Shown: positions 9,046 through 19,425, counted from the stretch's first letter. The stretch: DNA of 64,000 bases from Candidatus Obscuribacteraceae bacterium (GCA_044226015.1 JBGAHS010000001.1:1056001-1120000), one strand, 5' to 3'. Program-made: numbers and translations. Notes: a model not told the origin generated them from the letters alone.

Positions 9046-12000
9046 TGTGGTTGATTCGCCTTGCCATGAATCGTCCGGTAACCATGATGGTCGCAATTGT
9101 CACAATTCTCCTTGCGGCAGTTTTATCGATCGCGCGCATGAAAGTCGATATTTTTCCCAATTTGAATCTTCCGATCATATATGTCGTTCAACCTTATGGC
9201 GGAATGGATCCAGCTCAAATGGAGGCATTTTTAGTTTCGCACTATGAGAATCACTTTCTTTACATAACTGGAGTCGACCACATCGAATCAAAGTCAATCC
9301 AAAACGTCTCAGTAATGAAAGTGGTGTTTCAGCCTGATGCGGATATGGCAGAAGCTATGTCACAGGTGGTTGCGCAGGTACAGCGCTCAAGAGCCAAGAT
9401 GCCACCGGGAACGGTGACACCATTTATTTTGCGATTTGATGCCGGAAATGTTCCAATTGGATACCTGGTTCTTTCCAGTGAAACAAGCGATATTGCAGAG
9501 ATTGAAGACCTGGCCGATGAACGCATTCGTCCCATCGTTTCGACTATTCCTGGTGCTACCACGCCGCATCCTTTTGGCGGAAATGTTAGAACAATAGTAG
9601 TTACAGTGAATCCAGATCGATTGCGCTCATATCACCTTTCTACTGACGATATTGTTAATGCCGTTACGACAGGGAATATGATCGCTCCATCTGGACTGGT
9701 GCGCACGGGCGGGTTACAGCGGATAGCAAATATCAATTCTACTGTAAGCGGAATAAAAGAGCTTTCCGATTTGCCGCTCAAAACTGGAGAGGGAGTGACA
9801 GTCTGGCTTCATGATGTGGCGTCAGTTGAAGATTCCATGGATATACCCACGGGCTGGGCGCTTGTTAATGGGCGGCGAACAGTATTTATCGCTGTGTCGA
9901 AACTTGCCGACGCTTCGACCGTAGAAGTAGTGAAACGTGTAAAAGATGCTTTGCCGAAAATGCAGGCACAGCTTCCCGATGACATCCATATTGATTTCGA
10001 TTTCGATCAGTCAATCTATGTTACTGAAGCGGTGACTGGAGTGCTTTCCGAGAGTGTTCTTGGCGCCTTTCTGACTGGTCTTATGGTCTTGCTTTTTCTG
10101 CAGGATTTTAAAAGTGCTGTCATTGTTGTTGTCACAATTCCAGTAGCCCTTTTGACTGCTGCTGTCGGACTATGGCTAAGTGGTCAAACCGTAAACATAA
10201 TGACTTTGAGTGGTCTATCACTGGCGGTAGGAGTGCTTGTTGATGAAGCAACGGTTGCGATTGAAAACATCCATACTCACCTGGGAAGGGGGGCACCGCT
10301 TTTTCAAGGGATATTCAATGCCTGCTGCGAGGTTGTTACTCCACAGCTGCTAGCGATGCTTTCTGTTGTCTTTGTATTTCTCCCCTCTTTCCTGATGATT
10401 GGTACTACAAAAGCTCTGTTCGTTCCGTTGTCACTGTCAGTTGGATTCGCCATGGTGGCATCGTATGTTTTATCAAACACTTTGGTACCGGTGCTCGCGG
10501 GATGGATGCTGGGTACGCAAAAGAAATCTGAGCACCATAAGGGAGAAACTAAGAATGGTTTGATGGAACGCATCAAAAACTTTTATGCATCTATTCTTAC
10601 AATCTTGCTTAAGTTCCGGCTGCTGGTGCTCGCTGGATATACATTGATAGTGGTGATGATCTTAGCCGGTACCGTGCCTTTTTTGAAAACAGAAATTTTT
10701 CCCACAGGAAATCCCAGAAGCTTTCAAATGCGACTGAAGGCTGAGCCTGGTACGCGAATTGAACTAACCGAAGAATACACGCGAAAAGTTCTCGAATTGA
10801 TCAATAAAGAAGCTGGTTCTGGAAATGTTGAGGTTTCTATTTGTTATGTTGGCACGCAGCCTCCAAATTTTGGTGTAAGCAATGTCTACATCTGGACAAG
10901 TGGACCACAAGAGGCGGTCTTGTTGGTCGCACTGAATCACAAAGCCAAAATCCAGATGGACGAATTTAAGGAGAGGCTACGTGCAAAACTTAAAGAGGTA
11001 CTGCCTTCTGTTAGTTTTACCTTCGAAGCTGGCGACATAGTTACTCAGATAATGAACTTAGGTGCGCCTACTGCTATACAGGTCGATGTTAGCGGATCTA
11101 ACTTGAGCAAAGATTTTGCCTTTTCGCAAAAGCTGCTTGTTCAGCTAAAAAAGCTTCCCAATCTGCGTGACGTAAGCATTGTTCAGCCCCTGGAGTATCC
11201 GACCGTCAATATTCAGGTTGACCGAGCCAGAGCTGCCCAGATGGGAGTTACAACGGCCGACATCAGCAGAGCTCTTGTACCAGCAATTTATTCCAGTCGA
11301 TTTATAAAGCAAATCTGGTGGCGAGTGCCAGGAAAAGGGCTTTCCTATCAAGTTCAAGTGCAGTACCCATTGCAGAACATGGAATCACTTCAGGATGTAG
11401 AATCAGTTCCTGTCCACGCAGAGGGCGCATCGCCTTTTGTGCGAGATGTCGCTAAAGTAAACTACGGAACGATGATAGGTGAGTATGATCGATACAACTT
11501 ACAGCGCATGCTCAGTATTACCGCTAATGTTTCGGGGGGCGATTTAGGCCGAGCCGCAAGAGATGTCCGCCGGGCAATTGCCAGTCTGGGTGCGCCTCCG
11601 AAAGGTCTGTCTGTAGCTGTCCGCGGACAGGTGCCAACTATGGATAGTACTTTCGCTGGGCTCGCTAGCGGACTGTTATTGGCAGTGGGAGCTATATTTC
11701 TAATGCTTGTGGGCTATTTTCAGCGCATGCGTTTGGCACTTGCGGTACTGTCTGTGATACCAGCGATTCTCTCGGGGGTAGCCTCAATTATTCAAATGAC
11801 TGGCATAAGTCTCAATGTTCAGTCGTTTATGGGAGCAATCATGGCAATTGGAATTGGTGTTGCTAACGCGATTCTAATCATTTCCTTTTCCGAGACAAGG
11901 CGTATTGCCGGCGAATCAGCCGAGCTGGCTGCCAGAGAAGGCGCTGTAAGCCGTTTGAGACCTGTGCTAATGACGAGTATAGCAATGATAGCAGGCATGA

Positions 12001-12209
12001 TTCCAATGGCGCTCGGCTTAGCTGAAGGTGGAGACCGCACAGCTCCGCTTGGAATTGCTGTAATTGGTGGTCTTCTCTTTTCCACTTTTGTTGTCTTGTT
12101 CGTTTTGCCGATGGCTTACGCAACTCTGCAGAAGAAGGCCTCCACTGTATCGCCTGCGATGATAGCTGCTGACGCTATCGTCACTTCAGATTTTCCGATT
12201 GAAACTTAG
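9045..12209 (+). CDS. RND efflux transporter permease subunit
   Basis: 1054 aa; GVLVDEATVAIENI, SRLRPVLMTS, PLGIAVIGGL. Confidence 0.96.
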   Translation: MWLIRLAMNRPVTMMVAIVTILLAAVLSIARMKVDIFPNLNLPIIYVVQPYGGMDPAQMEAFLVSHYENHFLYITGVDHIESKSIQNVSVMKVVFQPDADMAEAMSQVVAQVQRSRAKMPPGTVTPFILRFDAGNVPIGYLVLSSETSDIAEIEDLADERIRPIVSTIPGATTPHPFGGNVRTIVVTVNPDRLRSYHLSTDDIVNAVTTGNMIAPSGLVRTGGLQRIANINSTVSGIKELSDLPLKTGEGVTVWLHDVASVEDSMDIPTGWALVNGRRTVFIAVSKLADASTVEVVKRVKDALPKMQAQLPDDIHIDFDFDQSIYVTEAVTGVLSESVLGAFLTGLMVLLFLQDFKSAVIVVVTIPVALLTAAVGLWLSGQTVNIMTLSGLSLAVGVLVDEATVAIENIHTHLGRGAPLFQGIFNACCEVVTPQLLAMLSVVFVFLPSFLMIGTTKALFVPLSLSVGFAMVASYVLSNTLVPVLAGWMLGTQKKSEHHKGETKNGLMERIKNFYASILTILLKFRLLVLAGYTLIVVMILAGTVPFLKTEIFPTGNPRSFQMRLKAEPGTRIELTEEYTRKVLELINKEAGSGNVEVSICYVGTQPPNFGVSNVYIWTSGPQEAVLLVALNHKAKIQMDEFKERLRAKLKEVLPSVSFTFEAGDIVTQIMNLGAPTAIQVDVSGSNLSKDFAFSQKLLVQLKKLPNLRDVSIVQPLEYPTVNIQVDRARAAQMGVTTADISRALVPAIYSSRFIKQIWWRVPGKGLSYQVQVQYPLQNMESLQDVESVPVHAEGASPFVRDVAKVNYGTMIGEYDRYNLQRMLSITANVSGGDLGRAARDVRRAIASLGAPPKGLSVAVRGQVPTMDSTFAGLASGLLLAVGAIFLMLVGYFQRMRLALAVLSVIPAILSGVASIIQMTGISLNVQSFMGAIMAIGIGVANAILIISFSETRRIAGESAELAAREGAVSRLRPVLMTSIAMIAGMIPMALGLAEGGDRTAPLGIAVIGGLLFSTFVVLFVLPMAYATLQKKASTVSPAMIAADAIVTSDFPIET

Positions 12210-12222
12210 GAGCAAGATTTCA

Positions 12223-13488
12223 ATGAAGTCAATTTTGAGGACGATTATTTTGAGCATGCTAGCTAGCCCGTTGCTTGCAGGATGCCAGTCTGCGCCACCT
12301 GATATCGAAGTCGGAAAACATAAAACGAGCGATGGTCTAAGTGTTGCAAGTGTAGCGGTTCAGTCGAAAAATCTTCAGAAACAGATTCGTATTCCGGCAG
12401 AACTGATTCCCTATAGAGATGTTTCTATTTACTCAAAAGTGCAGGGTTTCGTAAAACGAATAACCGTCGATAGGGGGTCCGCTGTATCGAAAGGGCAGTT
12501 GCTTATCGAGCTGGATGCCCCTGAGCTTATTGCGCAATACTTGGAAGCAGAAGAGAGGGTGGAAGCTGTAAAATCGGCATCGTTAGAAATGCAATCAAAA
12601 ATACAAAGGTCTGAAGCTGACCAAAAAGAAGCTGAAGCAAGGCTTGCCAGTGAAGAAGCTGTTCAGAAGCGAATATTGCACGCAGCTAAGACACCAGGAG
12701 CCATAGCAGAAACTGATATTGATGAAGCTCAACAAAAGGTGGCCGCTGGAATTGCCAGGGTTCAGGCTCTTGCTCAGTCAGTTGAAGTTGCACGATCCCA
12801 ATTTAAGACAGAGCAAGCAAAGGTAAAAGTTGCACAACAAGCCCTTTCGTCTGCTAAACAAATGAAAGAGTATTTGATTATCAGTGCTCCGTTTGACGGA
12901 GTCATAACTGAGCGCAATGTGCATGAAGGTTCGCTTGTCAGTTCTTCGTCCATGTCAGTCAAGCCAATGTTGCGAATTCAGCAGACCTCGATGTTGCGTT
13001 TGTTAGTGCCGATTCCAGAATCTGCAGTGTCTGGGATGGCGTTAGGCGTCCCTGTTAGTTTCACTGTTCCTGCCTTTACCGGCAGGGTATTCAGGGCCAG
13101 CATAAGCAGAATTGGTCATGCATTAGATACTAAAACGAGAGCGATGATTGTTGAAGCCGATGTTAAAAATCCTGATGGAGAGCTTGAACCAGGCATGTAC
13201 CCTGAAGTTCAGTGGCAACTAGAGCGACCTTATGCGACTCTATTTGTTCCGACTTCGGCTGTGTCAAGCAATGCTGATCAAACCTTCGTAATCCGCATAA
13301 AAAATGGAGTCACACATCGGGTTCAGGTGAAAGTTGGACAGACCATGGGTGACCTCGTTGAAGTCGTTAGTGATGATCTCGGGTCTGGCGATGAGGTGGT
13401 TTTGAGAGCTAGCGATGAGTTAAAGGATGGAACCAGCATTGTGAGTCGTAAAACTCTCGGAGCTGCGCAATCAGAACACGAAGAGTAA
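12223..13488 (+). CDS. RND periplasmic adaptor (membrane fusion) lipoprotein
   Basis: AGGAG SD before ATG 12223; LAGC lipobox; ISAPFDGVITER, LEPGMY. Confidence 0.93.
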   Translation: MKSILRTIILSMLASPLLAGCQSAPPDIEVGKHKTSDGLSVASVAVQSKNLQKQIRIPAELIPYRDVSIYSKVQGFVKRITVDRGSAVSKGQLLIELDAPELIAQYLEAEERVEAVKSASLEMQSKIQRSEADQKEAEARLASEEAVQKRILHAAKTPGAIAETDIDEAQQKVAAGIARVQALAQSVEVARSQFKTEQAKVKVAQQALSSAKQMKEYLIISAPFDGVITERNVHEGSLVSSSSMSVKPMLRIQQTSMLRLLVPIPESAVSGMALGVPVSFTVPAFTGRVFRASISRIGHALDTKTRAMIVEADVKNPDGELEPGMYPEVQWQLERPYATLFVPTSAVSSNADQTFVIRIKNGVTHRVQVKVGQTMGDLVEVVSDDLGSGDEVVLRASDELKDGTSIVSRKTLGAAQSEHEE

Positions 13489-13856
13489 GTCATCGCTAGA
13501 GTGACCTTGTAGTTTTCTAGGGTCAAACATTTCAATACATGTCGGATACTTTACAAACTGGATAAACTTGAACTCAGCTTCCGATCATAGTTATGACACA
13601 CATTTTCTGCTGTAAAGAAGAGTCTTTTCTTTGACTACAAAGCTTTGCGACCGCTTGTCGGGCTTCAATCTTGAGCTCTGCTTGAGAAGCAGCCCGAGGA
13701 AGGTCCTCAGATGTAGCATTCCGTGACAGAGCGCTTATATTTCCGAATGGAGATGCTATCATAGGTCATCCTGCTATACCCATGAGAGTACGCAGGCTCT
13801 GGTTGACCAACAAGTCAGTGTGGTCGACGGATACGTTTCTCTGTGGAGCGCGCATA

Positions 13857-14066
13857 ATGCCTAAAATGAAAACGAACAAGGCAGCTGCACGCCGCTTCAA
13901 GATCACCGCTACCGGTAAGGTCTTGCACAAGCAGGCTGGCAGACGCCACTTGAACGAATGGAAATCCGCCGATGTTAAGCGCAATTTGCGCGGCTGGGCG
14001 GCTGTTTCGCCAGCAATGGAAAAAGCAGTGCTGGAAATGTTCCCATACAAAAAGTATCTTCGCTAA
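13857..14066 (+). CDS. rpmI: 50S ribosomal protein L35
   Basis: MPKMKTNKAAARRFKITATGK; ATG at 13857 after GGAG. Confidence 0.96.
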   Translation: MPKMKTNKAAARRFKITATGKVLHKQAGRRHLNEWKSADVKRNLRGWAAVSPAMEKAVLEMFPYKKYLR

Positions 14067-14219
14067 ACCAGCGGTTTTGATATCAGCTGCATTGGTGCAA
14101 GTCTAAGGGAATCTCCTCCCCGATGGCGATTAGCGGTGATGCTGTTGGTAGAAAGAGCGGTTGGGTCTGGGATCTGTGACCCGACGCTGATACGAAAAAG
14201 ATCAAAGAAGGAGAGAGCA

Positions 14220-14588
14220 ATGGCTCGTGTAAAACGTGGAAATGTTCTAAAGAACCGCCACCGCAAAATCCTGAAATTCGCAAAGGGTTTCCGTGGCTCG
14301 AAATCAACTCTGTTCATAGCCGCTAACCAGGCTGTAATTCAGTCATGGCGCAATGCGTATCGTGATCGTCGTAAAAGAAAACGCGACTTCCGCAGCTTGT
14401 GGATTACCCGCATCAATGCTGCTTGCAGAGCGAATGATATTACCTACAGCTCGTTCATGAATGGCCTTAAGAAAGCTGAAATCACCTTGAATCGCAAGGC
14501 ACTTTCTGAAATGGCAATCAATGACCCTGCGGCTTTCGAAAGCTTGTTGAAAGTAGCAAAAGACAAACTCGCTGTAGCCAGCAAGTAA
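14220..14588 (+). CDS. rplT: 50S ribosomal protein L20
   Basis: MARVKRG...[31 protein letters not shown]. Confidence 0.98.
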   Translation: MARVKRGNVLKNRHRKILKFAKGFRGSKSTLFIAANQAVIQSWRNAYRDRRKRKRDFRSLWITRINAACRANDITYSSFMNGLKKAEITLNRKALSEMAINDPAAFESLLKVAKDKLAVASK

Positions 14589-14610
14589 GTCGTTGAGTTA
14601 GACCTTTATG

Positions 14611-14646
14611 AAAGGGGCGGTGCTGATGCTTCGCCCCTTTTAGTTT
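14611..14646 (+). terminator. Intrinsic terminator after rplT
   Basis: AAAGGGGCGG...TCGCCCCTTT followed by T-rich tail. Confidence 0.7.
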
Positions 14647-14650
14647 CCAG

Positions 14651-15457
14651 ATGAAAATCAAATCGATAGTAAGCGATTCTAATAGCACACTCAAAACCAT
14701 TCGCGGTTTGCATAAGAGACAAACGCGAGAGAAGGAACGCCTGTTCCTCCTGGAGGGTGAGCACTGCTTGCTGGAGGCTGTAAGCAAAAGCCTCGAGCTA
14801 AGATTTATCGTTGCCAGCGAAAGTTATTTGAATGAGCATTTGGACTTGCTCAACTCGCTTGGGCTTGAGGAAATTTCAGTTGTCGAAGACAAGGCTTTTG
14901 CAGACCTTATTACGACTACTACAAGCTGCGGTGTCGTCTCCGTTGCGAAAATGCCATCAGCGAGATTCTCTGATGTAGAGCACTGGCAGCCGCGTGTTTT
15001 GGTTGTTGCAGATGGCATTCAAGACCCAGGCAATCTTGGCACCATTATTAGAACCGCTTATGCAGCCCAAGTTGGTGGATTGATCATTCTCAAAGGTTCA
15101 GTCGATCATTTCAACCCTAAGGTTGTGCGCGCCTCCGTCGGTGCCTTGTTTGATTTGCCAATCATTGCTGATATTGAAGCAGAGCAATTGATGGAACTGC
15201 TGAAGCAGTTGAAAATCAGGCTCTTGTTATGTGAGGCAAGTGGAAGCAGAGCTTATTTTGATGCCAATTTGTCTAACAATGTTGCCATTGTTCTAGGCAA
15301 CGAAGGACAGGGGGTAAATCCAATGCTGCAAGATGGCGCAGATGAAACCATTTCAATTCCCATGAATCCGAAGAGCGAATCGTTAAATGTTGCCATAAGT
15401 GGCGGTATCATTTTATTCGAATCGCTGCGACAACGTCTGGCAGTTTCCAGCAGGTAG
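14651..15457 (+). CDS. TrmH/SpoU-family RNA methyltransferase
   Basis: QDPGNLGTIIRTA, LGNEGQG, ESLNVAIS. Confidence 0.94.
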   Translation: MKIKSIVSDSNSTLKTIRGLHKRQTREKERLFLLEGEHCLLEAVSKSLELRFIVASESYLNEHLDLLNSLGLEEISVVEDKAFADLITTTTSCGVVSVAKMPSARFSDVEHWQPRVLVVADGIQDPGNLGTIIRTAYAAQVGGLIILKGSVDHFNPKVVRASVGALFDLPIIADIEAEQLMELLKQLKIRLLLCEASGSRAYFDANLSNNVAIVLGNEGQGVNPMLQDGADETISIPMNPKSESLNVAISGGIILFESLRQRLAVSSR

Positions 15458-15466
15458 CAAAATAAA

Positions 15467-16435
15467 ATGCAGGGTCCTGATACTGAAAAGACAGAAGGTG
15501 CTGGAGCAAATGAGCCAGCACCTTCAGCCATGTCTCCTGAATCACCGAGCACCTTTTCGAACGCAGCCGATTCTCTCACGCAAACTGTTGACGCAGAACC
15601 AGCAATTAGTTCGCCAATTGGAATTAGCGAAGAGGCTGATCTTTCGCAGCTTCCCGAAACTGTGCCAAGTAAGTTTCCTGACTCAGCTATCGAATCTGCA
15701 CCTCCTGAAGAGGAAGCCGAAGAAACGGAAGATGGACACGGGAAGATAATGTCTGTTGTCGATCATCTCGACGAGCTGCGAACCAGGCTGATTCGAACTC
15801 TCATTGTCTTCGGTATTGCGATGTCGATCTCATTCTTCTATGGAAGGGAAATCATCGGATTTCTTGAGTTGCCTGCAAAGGGAATGCACTTTCAGGCACT
15901 TTCTATCGAAGAACCTGTGCTTGTATATTTCAAAGTTTCATTTTACGCTGCTGTCATGATGGCAGCACCCTGGGTGCTCTGGGAAATTTCTGCATTCATA
16001 GCACCAGGGCTAAAACGCAGTGAGCGAAAGGTTCTTGCACCAATTGTGTTTGGTGGTCCTCTGCTATTTGTTGCAGGCGCATACTTTTGCTACTCATGCG
16101 CTCTTCCGCCTATGCTGAGTTTTTTCAATTCTTTTAGCGGACCTATCGCACCTGTTCAACAGCGTCTCGATTACTATATTTCGCTCGTTACCACGATGAT
16201 ATTCTACATGGGTTTGTGTTTCCAGCTGCCCATCGTGTTGTTTGCGCTGTCTCTTGCTGGTATCGTGCGCTCCAATCATCTAATCGCTTTCTGGCGATAT
16301 GCCTTCGTTGGTTGTTCTGTTGTTGCAGCTGTCATTACACCCGACCCAACGGTGATATCCATGCTCATCGTTATGGCTGCGCTTCTGGCTCTATATTTCA
16401 TGACGATTATTCTTTTGAAACTGTTTGGGCGTTAG
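15467..16435 (+). CDS. tatC: Twin-arginine translocase subunit TatC with an acidic N-terminal extension
   Basis: HLDELRTRL, FIAPGLKRSE, FQLP, AAVITP; about 90 acidic/Pro-rich residues precede the core. Confidence 0.94.
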   Translation: MQGPDTEKTEGAGANEPAPSAMSPESPSTFSNAADSLTQTVDAEPAISSPIGISEEADLSQLPETVPSKFPDSAIESAPPEEEAEETEDGHGKIMSVVDHLDELRTRLIRTLIVFGIAMSISFFYGREIIGFLELPAKGMHFQALSIEEPVLVYFKVSFYAAVMMAAPWVLWEISAFIAPGLKRSERKVLAPIVFGGPLLFVAGAYFCYSCALPPMLSFFNSFSGPIAPVQQRLDYYISLVTTMIFYMGLCFQLPIVLFALSLAGIVRSNHLIAFWRYAFVGCSVVAAVITPDPTVISMLIVMAALLALYFMTIILLKLFGR

Positions 16436-16504
16436 AAACTCGCTTCTTATAATCGGAATGGCACAAACAAGTTGATATTTGTACGCGCAAGCGCTGCTGA
16501 TTTT

Positions 16505-16562
16505 CGCTCAAAGATTCACTACTCATTCGAGAAGAAGTCGCTGAGTAGTGAATCTTTGAGCG
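16505..16562. repeat. Perfect 21-bp inverted repeat with 16-nt loop
   Basis: CGCTCAAAGATTCACTACTCA (16505-16525) and TGAGTAGTGAATCTTTGAGCG (16542-16562). Confidence 0.9.
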
Positions 16563-16617
16563 GGCTCATACATTCTGGTTGTGAACTACCGTACAATTTA
16601 AAGAGAAGCCAGAATAT

Positions 16618-17994
16618 ATGCTTCGAATACGATGGTGGATATGGGTGATGACAGGTGAGAGCGGCAGCGTGAGCGCGGAAATCAGTAACTCAAATCTAAA
16701 CACTGGAGCAAAACTCGATACCTCTCAGTGCACAGTTGCTTCTAACAATGTGATTGATCCAAAATTGCTTGAAGCCTGCATCCATTGCGGGTTGTGCTTG
16801 CCTGCTTGTCCCACATATCTTGCAACTGGGCGTGAAAGTGAGTCTCCGAGAGGACGAATTCACCTGCTGAAACTCTGGCAAGAAGGTGAGCTGCCGCTGG
16901 ATTCGAGAATCGCTGAACACATCGATAGTTGTCTTGGATGCATGGGCTGCCAGACTGCTTGCCCTTCTGGTGTGCAATACGAGAAGATGCTAAATCAAGC
17001 GAAGCCACAATTGCTTCCCTTCCGCAACAAAAAAGTGCGTCGGCTCATGGCGCTTGCTTTTTCTTCAATCTTGCCAGACTACCCTCGGCTGCGAATTTTG
17101 GGGAAACTATTGCGCCTGTATCAACAAACGAAGTTGAACAAATTCTTGCCTGCTTTGCCAATTCCATCCAAGCTCAAAAAGCGACTTGCTGAATGGGAGA
17201 GTTTTCTTCCAAAGGTTCCTAAGTATGCGCCTTTGCCGAAACAGTCATGGGCACCTGGTCCCAAGAAGGGTGGGGTGCAACTCTTCTATGGCTGTGTTAT
17301 GGATGTTTTCTACAATCACGTCAATCATGCATCAATTCGCCTTTTGACAAAACAGGGAAAAGTTGTATCTACCCCCGAGCAAACTTGCTGTGGTGCCCTT
17401 GCACAGCATGCTGGTGAAGTCGAGATTGCACGAGATCTCGCCAAGAAAAATATCGAGTATTTTGAGAATGTTCAGGGGGACATCGTTGTTACTTCCGCTG
17501 GTTGCGGAGCCATGTTGAAGGAATATGGCGAAATTCTTGGGGATGATCCGTCCTGGTCAAAACGTGCGCATGAATTTTCTGCAAGAGTAAAAGATATTTG
17601 TGAATATCTAGGTGCAAACGAATTCAATTCGCCTCCAGGTCCTCTGAAAATGAGCGTTGCCTATCATGCAGCATGCCATTTGTTCAACGTTCAGAAAGTG
17701 AAGGATGCCCCCACTGATTTGTTGAAACTGATACCACAACTGCAAATGATTCCTTTAATTGATTTTGAACAGTGCTGTGGCAGCGCAGGAATATACAATC
17801 TTTTGCACACCGACTTGAGCCTGAAGGTTCTAGACAAGAAAATGCAGAACATAAAGGCAACCGGTGCTGATGCTGTGGTGACCACTAACCCCGGATGTTT
17901 GCTTCAGTTAGAGGCAGGCATTGCAGCTGAGAATTTGCCTATGAAGGTTTACCACCTCGTAGAATTGCTCGATGAAGCATATCAACAGAAATGA
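16618..17994 (+). CDS. glcF: Glycolate oxidase Fe-S subunit GlcF-like (start uncertain)
   Basis: CIHCGLCLPACPTY, CLGCMGCQTACPSGV, two CCG domains (TCCGAL, QCCGSAG). Confidence 0.85.
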   Translation: MLRIRWWIWVMTGESGSVSAEISNSNLNTGAKLDTSQCTVASNNVIDPKLLEACIHCGLCLPACPTYLATGRESESPRGRIHLLKLWQEGELPLDSRIAEHIDSCLGCMGCQTACPSGVQYEKMLNQAKPQLLPFRNKKVRRLMALAFSSILPDYPRLRILGKLLRLYQQTKLNKFLPALPIPSKLKKRLAEWESFLPKVPKYAPLPKQSWAPGPKKGGVQLFYGCVMDVFYNHVNHASIRLLTKQGKVVSTPEQTCCGALAQHAGEVEIARDLAKKNIEYFENVQGDIVVTSAGCGAMLKEYGEILGDDPSWSKRAHEFSARVKDICEYLGANEFNSPPGPLKMSVAYHAACHLFNVQKVKDAPTDLLKLIPQLQMIPLIDFEQCCGSAGIYNLLHTDLSLKVLDKKMQNIKATGADAVVTTNPGCLLQLEAGIAAENLPMKVYHLVELLDEAYQQK

Positions 17995-18006
17995 TTGTGA
18001 ATCGTT

Positions 18007-19215
18007 TTACTTAACCTGATTGCGCAACCACATCAAAGCTTGTCGCTGTTCGATGTCTTGATTTTTTGAATCAGTGCTGAAGAAAGAATCTGAATCAAAT
18101 AAGGATTTTGCGGAGAATGTGCTCTTGCTCCAATTGATGCCCCCAGCTTTGCCCGCGGTTTTATCTTGAAGCGCTTTATCGATTTCGGATAGAGTGCGAT
18201 CAGTGACTACGAGATCTTCATCAGCAGTCAACTCCAACTCTTCTTTGGTTTCTGCTTTGAGTTTAACTTTGACGGAGTTTTCTCCAGTTTTAGCCATTAC
18301 TCGGACGCGGGTAGAGCCTGGATTGACAATCTCTACATATGCTGTTGAACCGGGCTCTACGCTTACTCGTGCAGACGGCGTATCAATCGAGATTGTCTGT
18401 CCAAAGCTCGAAGCAAGAATATGTCCTTTGTCTATGCTGAAATTTCTTCCGCTGACTGCTTTTAGTCCTTGCGGTGACATCATGACGAAAGAACTTTCTT
18501 GAAAGTTCTTCCCTAAGCCAATTTGTGGCGATGGCAGCGCTTGCGGAACTGTCCAGAAGTGGAACTCAGAATTTTGCAGGCGAGCGGGTTCCTGAACATT
18601 TAGTGTTATCGGATGAGAAAGTGCAATCTCACCGACGTTTTCACTTACTTCGGGTCTCTCATTCTTCTTTTTGTTGGAATCGATCGAGAATTTGCTTGAG
18701 TTGAAGATGAGCGAAGGACGCTCTGAATCAGTTGAGTTGTCCTTTTTTTCTTTTTCAGATTTGCTATTGTTGGCACCAGGCATGGTGCCGTCCGAATCAG
18801 GAATAGAGGTCACTGAAAGTGATGGAAAACCATCTTGCTTAGATTGCTTTTGTGGTACGAAAAAACGCACCGGCGATTTTAAAATGCCTGTTTCGTACAA
18901 AAGAATAGTTCTTAAATCTATTCCGTGTGCACGGCCGCCCTCGGAACTCAGGAAGAAACTTGCAGGAAAGCCATTTCTGGCAAGAGACTTTGCAATGTCC
19001 GACAGGAATGGATAAGAGAAGGGGTTGCTAGGGTCGCCTTCGGCGGTGACAGTGCGTATCGCAGCTACAGCTGCTCCAGTACCAGGATAGGGCGCAGCTA
19101 GAGCCGGAAGCGTGGCGCCAAGCGAAGACATCAGCAAGGTAGCACTGATTAGCTGGCGGTTGTTCCAGAGGACACGTTTCAAATGCTTTTGCGACAAGCC
19201 CTTCAGTTCACGCAT
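18007..19215 (-). CDS. Secreted hypothetical protein, possible FecR-like beta domain at the C-terminus
   Basis: 402-aa ORF, signal-like hydrophobic stretch ending ALA, beta-rich C-half (ISIDTPSARVSV). Confidence 0.55.
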   Translation of the reverse strand: MRELKGLSQKHLKRVLWNNRQLISATLLMSSLGATLPALAAPYPGTGAAVAAIRTVTAEGDPSNPFSYPFLSDIAKSLARNGFPASFFLSSEGGRAHGIDLRTILLYETGILKSPVRFFVPQKQSKQDGFPSLSVTSIPDSDGTMPGANNSKSEKEKKDNSTDSERPSLIFNSSKFSIDSNKKKNERPEVSENVGEIALSHPITLNVQEPARLQNSEFHFWTVPQALPSPQIGLGKNFQESSFVMMSPQGLKAVSGRNFSIDKGHILASSFGQTISIDTPSARVSVEPGSTAYVEIVNPGSTRVRVMAKTGENSVKVKLKAETKEELELTADEDLVVTDRTLSEIDKALQDKTAGKAGGINWSKSTFSAKSLFDSDSFFSTDSKNQDIEQRQALMWLRNQVK

Positions 19216-19425
19216 AGCTACCTCTTATTCCTCATGCTGACAAGCGTCTATGTGACTGCTCTAATCTTAAATCATATACGTTATTGGTTGAAAAATGAAA
19301 CTGCTCGACAACACAGGAAAATTAAGCGGGACGTTGCTTAACAGATGAGGGCAAGAGAGTGATCAATCGCCCAGGGAAGCATATAATTTGCTCTGCAACA
19401 GGCTTCTTTAGCTGGGAGGACGACT

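Noticed and set aside
13690..13742. RNase P RNA (GAGGAAGGTCC and GACAGAGCGCTTAT resemble its conserved ends)
   Set aside because: The two motifs are only about 20 nt apart and imperfect; there is no room for the ribozyme core
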